Counted from the whole stretch's first letter, positions 39,378 to 51,362 are shown. The stretch is 62,986 nucleotides of DNA, filler included, from Gonapodya sp. JEL0774 (GCA_027604505.1; 53 parts of 53 records of this genome joined end to end with filler, not necessarily neighbours in it), one strand, 5' to 3'. Notes: generated from the sequence alone by a model not told the origin. A program made the numbers and translations.

Positions 39378-39870
39378 GTCAAGATTTTCAGAAGTGATAG
39401 GGCCAAAGAAATCCTGCTCAATACCCAGATGCAACAGTGGATGAGATCCCATGGAATTAGGGATGAGGAACGTCCACCTCACACCCCTGAACATAACAGT
39501 ACTGCAGAGAGGGGTAATTGAACAGTCATTGAACCAGCCAGAGTTATCATGGTGATGAACAAATTACCCAAGTTCTTGCGGTCTGAAATCAGTAGAGCTG
39601 TGGTTCATACTATCGATAAATCACAGGCCATCAAGTGCAATAGGAGGTAGAATCCCATTGGAAGTTTTCACTGGGCAACCTGTGAACACATCTCACCTCA
39701 GGGCACTTGGCTCTCAGGTCTTTGTATTGAATAAGGAGGATGGTCGTGACAAATTTGATGCAAAAGCTGACAAGTGTATTCTTGTTGGGTATGAATCAGA
39801 CCATGGAACATACAGACTCTATGATCCAACTAAAAGAACCATCAGCGTCAGTTGGGATGTTCAATCGATT
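39378..39870 (+). mobile_element. Degenerate Ty1/Copia integrase fragment
   Basis: PPHTPEHNSTAERGN*TV, LPKFL, SHLRALGS, KFDAKADKCILVGY, YRLYDP...VSWDV, with stops and a frameshift. Confidence 0.9.
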
Positions 39871-41753
39871 GTAGCGATGCTGTGCCACAGTGCCGCAAAG
39901 AAAAGTAATTGCGGACAGGGCGTCCCTTCCACTCACCTGACTGTACAACATGATCCAAGAAATGGGGCCTCCAAGTGGAATACTGAGAAAAGTCCTCTGT
40001 ATTCTGCTCCTCCTCTACATTGCCATCTACGTCATATCCATTCTCAATATCCTCTTCTGCAAAATAAACGCTTGCGTAGAAACCACCACAACCTCTATTT
40101 TGACATATACCACCTCCGCTACTAGTTCCTCCCCAGGTTCCATCACCCTGGTTCACTCCACCTCCACAATAACCTCTGCAGTTTGCAGTGCCTCTGTGGT
40201 TGTCTGGAACTCCATGTCACCTGCCAAATCTAACTTCACCACCTGGTTTTCCCCAATCACTTCTATTTTGTCAAGTTTGGTTGTTCTCAGGAATGTAAAG
40301 AGTGTGGGAAAAGGCTTGTATGTCAATCTGGGTGGTGAAGGGCATAATTTGTAAACTCAGTTGTGTGCAGAGAGAAAATATAGATAAGCAACCCAACATC
40401 CATCTCAACAGGTTATGAGCCCGGGTTGGCTTCAGTTTCATCTCTCCATACATTTTCAGTGTTTCNNNNNNNNNNNNNNNNNNNNNNNNNNNNNNNNNNN
40501 NNNNNNNNNTTAATTAATTAANNNNNNNNNNNNNNNNNNNNNNNNNNNNNNNNNNNNNNNNNNNNCGGCGTATCTCTTTGGTGTTTATACTTGCGTCTCG
40601 TGCAGAGTGCAGAATCAGCACACACTTTCTGGGGCCTCTCTTTTGATGACCGCTTCTGGCATTTCAATGAATTTCTTGTGGAAGTGGAATCCAAATGCAG
40701 CGCATTACCACTTTTCGTCTCCTGTGCCCGAGCTTGCTCTGCCGCAGACACCAGGGGTCCTTTCCATCCACCTCCCTGGCCTCGTGAAAGCCTGAGTAGT
40801 CAATGTGTGCAATGCACCAACGACCCGAGAGAGCCGCTTGGGGAAGGGTGTTGGCGAAAAGGTCCCCTCATCTGTCAATATGCTACGGTGGTTTGCGCCA
40901 TTTGCGTTCCTCAGGGGGGTTGAAGTTGGTGCAATGTCCGCAATGTTAGACCCCTGGCCGACAAGCATTGAGGAACGCCACCGCTTGTGCAGTGCACGTC
41001 CGCAACACATGGTCAAGCGTTTTATAATGTGACAAATGGCTGACACTGTGGTATGTGTCGGGGTAATGATTTTGTGGTGGCTTCCAAGCAACGTCCCTGT
41101 TGCACACCCTGGAAACATGTTCTCGGTCTCCGACCGGGGAGATGGCCAAAAGTACGCGTCATCACGTACTTTAGCTGGTCGGGAGCTGAGTCCTGTGAAT
41201 CAAAGTTGACTAGACTTCTCTTCATCTCGGTTACGGGCGATATTATATGCCATAAAACACCCCCAGACATAATCAAAGCTAGCGACCCAATAATCAAATT
41301 TCAATTATCGCATGAAATACCACATCTACTATGTAGTTCCCCAGTGAACAATCCAGCTATTCCGACAATCCTGCCCTGCGCTGCCAGTTTGAGCGTATCG
41401 AAAGTGACAGCCCTCAAATTCGCCACTCATTCCGACTGCTCCGTCCAAGAACATGATTTATCGCTGATGATTTGTGTCGTTGAGCGGCGGAAAAACGGTG
41501 GGGCCGGCATCTGAAGCCGGAATGTCGCGACCCGGACCTTGAAATATTATTATATTCCCGAATTCCATTTCTCCCCCCATCATGTCTCTCCGCTCCATCC
41601 TCCCCACTGCATCCCTTCTCGCCTCCTCCATCCGCGCCACGGGCCCCGTCCTCNNNNNNNNNNNNNNNNNNNNNNNNNNNNNNNNNNNNNNNNNNNNTTA
41701 ATTAATTAANNNNNNNNNNNNNNNNNNNNNNNNNNNNNNNNNNNNNNNNNNNN

Positions 41754-42480
41754 TCTCAAAGATTCCATAAGCTTACAGGGTGACTTTTCAGAGACATCTG
41801 ATGCCAGAGAGGAGGTGTCGCAACCCACCACAGCAGCTTCGGGTCTTATGCTCCGGAGGAATGTGTCGCTGCATCGCTTGAGCATACATCCAAATTCTAG
41901 GCCATCTAGTGTCCATTTAGAGCTCCCCCTTCTGTCTCTCGGTAGACAGCCCTCCCCGATTACCCCCGTCGTAGAGACTCCATTATCCACCACATCAGCG
42001 TCTCTTCCACTCCTCCCAGGTGTTCAAACTCTGACTATCTCGGCGGAGAGTAGTCGTAGCGTGTCCCGAAAGAGATCTAACCCCATCGTGGGTAGATTGG
42101 CTTCCAATGTCTCCTCGTGGCGTCAAAGTGTCCTCTCCATGGCATCATCTATGACCAACCTAGCCGAACCTACATGTGCAATATGCATAACGGCCTTCAT
42201 TCGACAGAAATCGATCGTACGGACCTTATTACCGTGTCAGCACGTCTTCCACAAATCCTGCATCGACCCGTGGCTACTCGAGCAGAGCAGATCGTGCCCG
42301 GTCTGCCGGACGGAGGCAGGGAGTGAACCACGAGCGAGTGCAACGGGAGAGGTGGTTGATGCGCAGCCCGAGGATTTGGGCTCTGAGGGGGCTCCGATGT
42401 CCGAGTCGACTACTGCAGCGACTGGACTGCCGCAAACGCAAGAGTTTACTCGACCGGTCCGATTATCGGAAATCGTGTGA
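41754..42480 (+). CDS. RING-H2 E3 ligase, C-terminal part
   Basis: CAICI...LPCQHVFHKSCIDPWL...SCPVCR. Confidence 0.92.
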
Positions 42481-42940
42481 CGGAGTTCGAGTGACATGGT
42501 GTCATTTTCGCTGCATTTCTCTGACTTCCTCACGTAATCTTCCTGCTTTTATGTACTCATATTCTCGTCCACTACTTGCTAGCTATTCAAATCGTAGGAG
42601 TAATGCTCGTTTCTGTATGACCAAGATTTAATCTGATGTAATCCATTTTACTGCTCTCGCGTATGTGTTTTGAGAAAAGTACGAACGTGTGCATTTATAC
42701 AGTATTCGTTCAACCTAGATCTCGAGGTAGTGGTAGAATGGATGACTCCGAAAAGAGACAGATTTAATCACATTTTATATTTGCATGGGAGTTTCTTCAT
42801 TTATTATGGCGGTTCGCCACCTAAGTTCCGCGAGTATCAANNNNNNNNNNNNNNNNNNNNNNNNNNNNNNNNNNNNNNNNNNNNTTAATTAATTAANNNN
42901 NNNNNNNNNNNNNNNNNNNNNNNNNNNNNNNNNNNNNNNN

Positions 42941-43995
42941 TAATATGATGGCAACTCCTTCGACTGCGGACGAAGTGATAATGCAGGGGTTCGTGCAGAG
43001 GTGAATACAGTTTCCTGGCGGTAAATACACTAAGTACTCACTCCAGTGAATCTGAGGCTCTTCGGGGTCACGACCGGGATTCAAATCCTCGTACTGAAGT
43101 GCGAGGCGGCATGGAAGTATTCGACCGACGAAGAACACAGACGGAGCAGTCGAGGCACAGAAACATGGTTTAGAAACTTACCTTGTCGAAACAATTCAAT
43201 GCACAAAGACACTCACCAGGCCGACTGCCAGAGAAACCATAGCGGCTATTGTCAGGAGAATCAAAATTTTGTCCTGAAACGCAGCGCTATGGGAGAGAGG
43301 AAGTTCGGTGGTCTTCAACTTCGACTGCATTTGGCTCAACTTTCTTCCGAGCTCCATGTGCTCGCCGCTCATGGTAAGTTCAGTGTACTTGCCCGAGGAA
43401 CACGATGAACTATCGCCCAGCGGGGAATTGTTCCGATAGCACCTCAAAGAGGTCGCTCTCCACCCACAAACTTCCGCTGTTGCCTTTCAAGCAAATAAAA
43501 GCAAGTCCAAGCGTTACTTACACCATCAGCTGAAACAGCGTTTGACTTTCTGCCTCCGGTAACACGTTGCGGCCGAACACCGAGATCCGATCTCGGAAAG
43601 TTCGTTCGATGCCAGACGAGCTCCCACTAGACGTGACCAGAGGGGAATCGGATACAGTGGGATTGTGGTCGCCCACTGTCACGCTGGAGAGAGCGGCGGC
43701 ATCACTGGCTGAGAGCCCGACCTTCAAATCGACTTGCAATCCACTGCAGAGGCCCTCAATGCCACCGAGCGCGGTAAGTTGAGCAGTGGATTTGGGGTCA
43801 AACAGATGTTGGAGGTCCTGTGAAAATAATGCAGTTTTGTGACATGTGGGTGATGTCAGACAAAACGACTTGTGACCCGTAATTCGGTTTTCTGACACGA
43901 ACCGAAGGCGAGAATGGGAAGGGTCCAGTTGGAGTCAGAGTATGTGCGGTGCTTTTTGCGGGAGTCGCATACCCGTTCCCTTCCTTCGATGTCAT
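42941..43995 (-). CDS. PMC1: P-type IIB Ca2+-ATPase (Pmc1) N-terminal fragment
   Basis: LFDPKS...LGGIEGLCSGLQVDLKVGLS, RISVFGRNVLP, AFQDKILILLTIAAMVSLAVGL, EGVAII. Confidence 0.92.
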
Positions 43996-45074
43996 ATCTG
44001 AAGCTGGGTGTGGATGGATTGTCGTGGNNNNNNNNNNNNNNNNNNNNNNNNNNNNNNNNNNNNNNNNNNNNTTAATTAATTAANNNNNNNNNNNNNNNNN
44101 NNNNNNNNNNNNNNNNNNNNNNNNNNNCTCAATGCTCGCTTCAACGCAGTCATTGATTGATAGCAAGGAATGTACCTGGAAAGTATTCCTGAACATTGCC
44201 GATTAAGTCGCGTGCAAAGTTCTCGGCGTGTAACTCTGCTGTATTCTGGATTGTCCTCGCACTGAAGTGTTGTGCAACTTACTTTGATAATAACTACTGG
44301 TGAAATTGTACAGCCCTCCACTATCTCATTTCAATCTTCAATAAAGCAGTATCATTGGCGCAGTTATTAGATATTTTCCCGTCCGTTCGGTGAAATACTT
44401 CTTGCCGCGTCAGCCTACACAGTGAGCCCACATAAGCGGAGTACTCGGAATCGTTGCTGGACTGCCCACGTTGATGATGAATCAATTCGATAAGAACTGG
44501 GTGGGTCTGATGATGCACGGACCCACAAGAATTGTGGCACTGTAGAAGGAGGATTTGTTTCACTGCTAGTTCTCATTCGAAATACAACCAGCGGCAACAG
44601 GTGAGGCGAGTTTGGATGGAACAGGCGAAAACAGACATGGAATCTTCGTGGAATGGGCATTATTAGCTAGGAAAACTGGTATCTTGTCGGAAACTCGCAC
44701 ATCATTACTCCGGCATCATCTCTACCGACCTCCTTTGTGTATTGAAGCCCACACGAAAGAGGGCCAATCGGTGCTACGGTGGAGCTGAGAAGAATGTAGT
44801 CTGTCGTAACAGGAGGAATGGAAGGTGGTGCTGTCAGCGGTTGACACAACAGGACCCATCCGGCAGTCAACGTGCCAACTGACGTCACCGCTCAACGGAG
44901 CATTGGAGGACTCTGATTGGATGCCACTAAAGTGTTTTTCTTGCGGGAGTGTCTTTTAACAGTCCTTGGGGCTCCCGGAGATGGTTTGGAAATTAGTAGA
45001 GGAAGAGTACCTCACCAAGCGAATCCTACCATCTCTTGCAAGGTCCGTGAACCAGCTGTCGCCTTCCTGACATC

Positions 45075-45214
45075 ATGAACCCCGAGAAGCTTAAAGCGCT
45101 GCAGGCCTCTGCGGCCGCGGTCCGTATCGGTGGGAAGGGTACTCCCCGTCGGAAGACCAAGAAGGTCCACAAGTCCGCGGGAACGGACGACAAAAAACTG
45201 ATGTCCACGCTGAA
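45075..45214 (+). CDS. EGD1: NAC beta subunit (BTF3/Egd1), 5' part
   Basis: [10 protein letters not shown]...[27 protein letters not shown]. Confidence 0.95.
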
Positions 45215-45314
45215 NNNNNNNNNNNNNNNNNNNNNNNNNNNNNNNNNNNNNNNNNNNNTTAATTAATTAANNNNNNNNNNNNNNNNNNNNNNNNNNNNNN
45301 NNNNNNNNNNNNNN

Positions 45315-46401
45315 CGGCTGTTCCAAGGGATTGGGGGTGGGGCGCTCATGGCGCTCACATTTGTCGTCATTGGGGAGATTGTGGCGCCCCGCGAGAGGGG
45401 AAAATACATGGGGATGTGAGTATTGTGTATCGATCATCGGTTTCCCAGCATACAAGAATAATATGTGTTTTGCATTTGCGTTATGTTCTTCACGTGATAC
45501 GTATATCAGTATGGGAGCTATCACAGGCATATGCGCCATTATCGGTCCAGTGAGTCACATCCCGTTTCGTATAGAACTCACTGTGCGATCGTTTATCTCA
45601 CACTGCGGTCAAATATTTCTATCCCCATTTTTCGACGCAGTTCCTTGGAGGTGTCATCACTGATCGTCTCTCCTGGCGTTGGGGATTCTGGGTCAAGTTC
45701 GTACCCGTAACGTGAGGTACACAACAAGATAAGCATAACCTTGCGTACTCGCCTTAACAGCGTCCCTGTCGGCGTTATCGCCCTCATCGCGTATCAAATC
45801 GCCCTCAAACTCCCCAAACCCGCCGGAACGTTCCGATCACAACTCGCTCGCGTGGATACCCTCGGCGTCTTGCTTATCACTGGGACCATAACACTGCTTC
45901 TCTTGGCATTCACGTGGGGCGGAATAACGTACCCCTGGGTCAGCGGCCAGGTGCTTGGAACGACTGCAGTGGCGCTGGTCGTGCTTCCGGTGTTTTTGTG
46001 GTGGGAGACAAAGTCCCCGGAACCCGTGGTTCCCTTGGAGCTTGTACGTGTCGACGGTCTCCCAAAATCAACTCGATTGCATTAACCCGTGTGCTTGATG
46101 CTTGCGCCGGGGAACACAGTTCAAGAACCTCAACTACATTCTCACAAATGTGGTGTTGTTCTGTACGTACATTCGGACCTGGATATGGTCAATCGTCATT
46201 CGCCACTATTTTCCTAACAAACCCGTCTCATATCTCTCAGTCGTTGGATGGGCTATGTATGGCCTCAGGTGCGTTCTCAAAGCCTTGTGCGGTTTTCTGA
46301 GCCTCCGTTTCAACTATTCGCTCGGATGATCTTTCCAGCTATTTCCTCCCAATCTACTTCCAAACCGTCCGGGGCCTCTCTGCCACTGACAGTGGTGTTA
46401 T
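45315..46401 (+). CDS. MFS drug:H+ antiporter (DHA2 type), fragment
   Basis: RLFQGIGGG, IVAPRERGKYMG, IGP|FLGGVITDRLSWRWGFW, RVDTLG, WGGITYPW. Confidence 0.92.
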
Positions 46402-46818
46402 NNNNNNNNNNNNNNNNNNNNNNNNNNNNNNNNNNNNNNNNNNNNTTAATTAATTAANNNNNNNNNNNNNNNNNNNNNNNNNNNNNNNNNNNNNNNNNNN
46501 NGACGCCGTTGATCTTTCGTCATGAATCAGACTACCCGTGGCGGGCCATGAGGACCGGGTACGATTTTCTTGTTCGAAATTACGCCAAGTACGGCGTAAG
46601 TGTAGCGGTCGAATTTTTGTATTGTACTGGTTGGAAGCACGATCTGATGTGTCATGAAGGTTTATATGTAGTTAATTAAGATGTTAGGTTGTCTCGGCTG
46701 GAATCTTCCATCCCAAATCTCGCTGAGCACCACCGATCACGGTTGCCCAATTTATTCTTGAACTTCGGTCTTTCCCTTCCCCTTCCTCTTGCATTCATCC
46801 CCTTTCATTGCCCTTGCC

Positions 46819-46935
46819 ATGCCCACACAAGATCTTGGAGGTTTACCCGATCGTTTGAAAGACACTTATTATGTAATAAGACACGACCAAATCTGCTCTT
46901 CTGAATCCACAAACGCACAGCGTTTCCACGGAAAC
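46819..46935 (+). pseudogene. Possible degenerate histidine-phosphatase (PGM-family) N-terminus
   Basis: LKDTYYVIRHDQ resembles the RHG motif (G to D). Downstream similarity is not evident. Confidence 0.3.
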
Positions 46936-47688
46936 CAGTATAAAACACACCGTCGGCAGGCTCATACCATCTTAGTCCCCACCGCCACCGTCGCCTCCTC
47001 CCCCGTCTCCCCCGTCTCCCCCGTCACACCGTCTCCCCCGTCCCTGCCGGATCCGCCCTACACGACAGAATATCGGAAGTTTGGCTGCAAGCACGATACC
47101 AAAACTAAACACTCTGGGCACTCACTCCGCCATCAAAGTCGCCTCCAATATCACCGAAATCTCCATCCTTATTTTGTTTGGATAAGAGTTGCACACACCC
47201 CCTCCAGAGGGGATTACTACATCACCGGGAACGAAAAGGCCACTATCATCTACGCCGCTACTGAATATTTCAATTGGGCGCCCATAAAGGGTACATGCGG
47301 ATGAGCTTGAGGTTGCAATTCGCAAGAGCGCCTGGACATTGGGAAGTTGACAGACAAATGCACACCTCCGTAATAACCGTGAACCTCAATGACGTCTCCA
47401 GCTACCACACGAAGCTCTGATAGCGATATGGTCGTCGTTGAAAGGTATCTCATCTGTTAGTACTGATCGCACTACACACACCGTCGTGACACTGTGGCTC
47501 ATAATCATGTCGTGCAGTGAATCTTTTCCCGATCGGGTTGAAGTTGGATTCAATTGGCGGATCAGGAATGCCGCTCGCCATTGAGCGGNNNNNNNNNNNN
47601 NNNNNNNNNNNNNNNNNNNNNNNNNNNNNNNNTTAATTAATTAANNNNNNNNNNNNNNNNNNNNNNNNNNNNNNNNNNNNNNNNNNNN

Positions 47689-48774
47689 CTCACCACCCAA
47701 AAAAGCCCCTCTTGTCTCCCCATGGCTTGCTACACACTGCAGCAAAGCGAGAGCATTGCATACTCTGTTGGACGCTTGACCGGTCAATGTCGGGGGGAAT
47801 AGTGCTGGGTACACAGAGGTGATTTCTTGAAGGAGGGACGGAATCACACCTTTCCGTTGGGAGAATGGGGGAGTGGTGAATGGGTGGTGGGTCAGTAAGC
47901 GGCCGGAAGATGGGTGGCCAGGTGGGGACGGGGAGGTACGGAGGTGGTGGTGGGGGGGTGGGGGGGATGGTAGTGTTGTTCATAGGGATGTTCATGAGAG
48001 TCCGTAGTCTCAATCGTCGCCAACCCTCATTTCATGTTACCCAGTCCGCTCGTGCGCATTCGGCACGACCGCGCTCCAGGGCGAATCTCTCAACGTCGTT
48101 CCCTTCAACACTTCCAAAACTCAACGCCCACTACTGTGCTCCAGTCTCTGTCAAACTGCATTGTGGCAATTCATTCCGTTGTCCATCCACACGATCACAT
48201 TTTCCACGCGCAACGCCAGAACTCCCAGAGTGTCGGGACGCGAAATCATCCTATCCAAACCACAAAGAGCCGATGCACCCACAAAACTGATGGATACTTT
48301 GAGAAGACTTGCTCTCTTGCCACCAACCGCTCAATGCGAATAAACCAGCCTGCACTCTGTAATGATGACGCACGGTTGGTGCGAATCAAAATTCGCTCAG
48401 ACAAGCGATCTCTACGGTAAATCGAACAACACAAATCAAATATGAAGTGCTTGATGATTCCACGCCTTGGGCGGGCTTCCTTTTGATGAAGGTCTTCGCG
48501 CACCCGAAGACCTACCATAAGAATGCCACAAAATCGGCGCTAAATCCTCGTAGGACTCCCTCTTTTTCGACAATTCCAACAATGCGGCTTCCCTTGATTG
48601 GGCCGAGGTAATGTCCAATACCAGTTGGTAGACCTTCTCTTCCTCAGCTGAGACCTGAAAGTACGCAGTCTGCTGTCCTTGTCCTTGTTGTCCACCACTG
48701 ATCCCACCTCCAATGTTGGTCGCGGCCGCGACCTGCTGCTGCAACTGGAGAACCTGAGCTGCCGACAGTGTTCC
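47689..48774 (-). CDS. CNOT9: CCR4-NOT subunit CNOT9/Rcd1/Caf40, fragment
   Basis: [27 protein letters not shown] | [14 protein letters not shown]...[17 protein letters not shown]. Confidence 0.97.
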
Positions 48775-49343
48775 NNNNNNNNNNNNNNNNNNNNNNNNNN
48801 NNNNNNNNNNNNNNNNNNTTAATTAATTAANNNNNNNNNNNNNNNNNNNNNNNNNNNNNNNNNNNNNNNNNNNNATTCAAGCTCCTTCACTTCAACTTTA
48901 TCCAAACTTTGAATTGGAATCTGAAATACAGATCTCTTTGTCGCCGTTTCTATTTCACATGCACAGTCAGTCCGGAGCTCATTTATACATTCATTCATGT
49001 ACGCGAATTTACTTTCACTCTTACGCAAACTGGAAAATGCAACGACAAGGGTAAAGGCGGGAGGGCGGTTGATCAGGGAAAGGTGACTAAACACACCGGC
49101 GACACCTGCACAGCCTGCATGGTCAGTCTCTGAAACCCGGAAAAATAGGACAGCCACTCACTGCTGAACAGAGCCGGTGATAAGGGCGTACTTTGCGTAT
49201 GTGGTCGGTTGGTGTTGGTGAGCGGCGGATCAACAGCCCATTGTTGTTGCGACCCTCACTGATGAGGGAAAGGGTAGCAAGCTAATAAAACGCCTCCGCC
49301 CGCTCCCATATCGTCTTAAATTCAGTGAGAATCTCAAAGTTCA

Positions 49344-49750
49344 ATGAGGTCGACCTTGCCGCTTGGTTTTGCATTCGCGCTCACTCTGCTGCTCGGAGAA
49401 ATATTCTCCGGCCTGGGCTCTCTCGCCCAAAACACCGTCACTGTCAGCAACCGTGTTCTTGTCCTCACGACCACGGCTGGTGGAGAGGATGGTACTTTAA
49501 TTGCCTTCCAACTAAAGTTTCGACATTGGCGACTAAATCCTTCCTCTACGGATGCAATTCTGCTCCTTTTGAACTTGGTTCACAACTTCCACCATCTCCT
49601 GCAGCGCCTAGAACAACTTTCTCGTCTTATGAAATCCAGTACGACATTATCGTTGTCCCATCGACTGGTATCACCGGAAACCTACCTCTCCTCGACGCAA
49701 ATAGTCAACCTAAATACTCCCTTATCGTTCTTACAAGCGGACAACTTCAG
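49344..49750 (+). CDS. Secreted Agd3-like (CE18-associated) protein, N-terminus
   Basis: Signal peptide, then RVLVLTTT...FSSYEIQYDIIVVP...LPL...KYSLIVLTSGQL, resembling the Agd3 N-terminal domain. Confidence 0.55.
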
Positions 49751-50060
49751 GTACGATTGCATCCGTGATTCAGTCCTTATCCACAATTAGAAAGCGATTT
49801 TGGAAATAGTATTCCATCAATGGTCTTTGGCAATCTGTTCTGACCGCATCACAATGGGCTTATGTGAGTTGCAAGAAGATGACATCTTTCCAATAGCAAA
49901 AACTGACTCGCGAGAAGCTCGAAGCATACGAAAGTACTTATGGGGTACGCCGTGTCACTCNNNNNNNNNNNNNNNNNNNNNNNNNNNNNNNNNNNNNNNN
50001 NNNNTTAATTAATTAANNNNNNNNNNNNNNNNNNNNNNNNNNNNNNNNNNNNNNNNNNNN

Positions 50061-51146
50061 TCGGCTAGCGATGCAAACTTGGCTACAATGTCACCGACGG
50101 TGTTGTACACGAGCACTGGGTCGAGGAGTACCCACTGTGTTGGCTTACCTGCAAGACATCGATCAACATACGCCAAGCCAAAGCCAAATACAAGCAACAC
50201 TCACGCCGCTTCATATTTCTGGCCCGATCTCCTTCGTGTCTAGGGGGTGGTGAGTTACACTTCGAGCTCGCCGCTAACGAAGTGGCCACCCTCTGTCCAG
50301 GCAACTCGCTCTCACCACCACCCCTGCTGCCACCGAGCATCCATACCACTCTACCGTCCGTTGGCCTCGTTGACTCCAGGTGGTCGTTAGCGACACTACC
50401 AGCCTCTCTAGAGTCAGTCTGATCAGATATCACACCCTCCACATCGGAGTGGCCCTTGCCTGTATCGTCACAGACAGCATCTGGATTTGTGTTCGGATCC
50501 TCAATATCCGAATCGCCCTCGTCGAGACGTTTTCTTGCCACGAAAGCGACGCAGGCAAGCCACTGCTTCAATCGATCCAATGGCCAGTCGTGTTTGATGC
50601 GGTTGCATGGCCAGCACGCGGGCTTCGAGTTCTCTAGCGTGTAATGTTTGGAGTTCTCCACCCGATCCACGCCTCCGCCTGTTTCACCACACATGTAGCA
50701 ATTCTGACTTTCAAGTTCTTTTCTCTGAACAGCGGTGAGCTCGTCCCTCTTCCGCTCAGCTGGTTGAGCTGCCTTGGAGACTCCGAACGTTCCTGTACCC
50801 ACATACTCTCTCTCAACCGGGAGTGTGAAGATAAGGCTCACTTCGAGAGTCCTCGCCATGTCGAGCACATGAAGGCTGAAAATCTCTGGGCCCATGGCTC
50901 CGCGCTTAAGGTTGCACACCCCGCAAGAGGGGACAGTATTGTCTTCGGAGTACGGGCCATCACAGTCCAGGCGATCGAGGCCCTGCAGAAAGAGTGAAAA
51001 GTAAACATTTGATGCAAGACACAGTGTATTGAGGGACTCACTTGTGGGAAGCCCTCGGGATTCTTGTAGCGGCACCACCAACAAGGCAACATGACCTTTT
51101 TCTCAAGTTTGTCGGCGTCAACCTCCACGAACTCAATATCGCGATC
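50061..51146 (-). CDS. Tandem HNH-like (CxxC...GxDR...N...CxxCN) zinc endonuclease with a NUMOD1-like module; two introns; both ends truncated
   Basis: Exons 51146-51042, 50982-50205 and 50148-50061 splice in frame. Domain 1: PCWWC..GLDRLD..YSEDNTVPSCGVCN. Domain 2: CYMCG..GVDRVENSKHYTLENSKPACWPCN. C-terminus: PVLVYNTVGDIVAKFASLA. Confidence 0.8.
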
Positions 51147-51362
51147 NNNNNNNNNNNNNNNNNNNNNNNNNNNNNNNNNNNNNNNNNNNNTTAATTAATT
51201 AANNNNNNNNNNNNNNNNNNNNNNNNNNNNNNNNNNNNNNNNNNNNTGGAGGTGGGCGGGTCCGGTTGGAGACGTTGGGTGGCACCTCTGCGTGCTCACT
51301 GTGTCGGGCTTTTGGCTACATGCTAACTCACCTCCACCCCTGCCCACTCCACCGCCTCCCAG

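Noticed and set aside
40566..41653. Intron-poor Cys/His-rich broken ORFs suggesting a decayed transposon or viral gene
   Set aside because: No diagnostic motif could be identified by eye, so it is left unannotated.
49250..49280. CTGATGAG...GAAA resembling a hammerhead ribozyme core
   Set aside because: There is no room for stem II between CUGAUGA and GAAA; only a short CCCTCA/TGAGGG hairpin forms.
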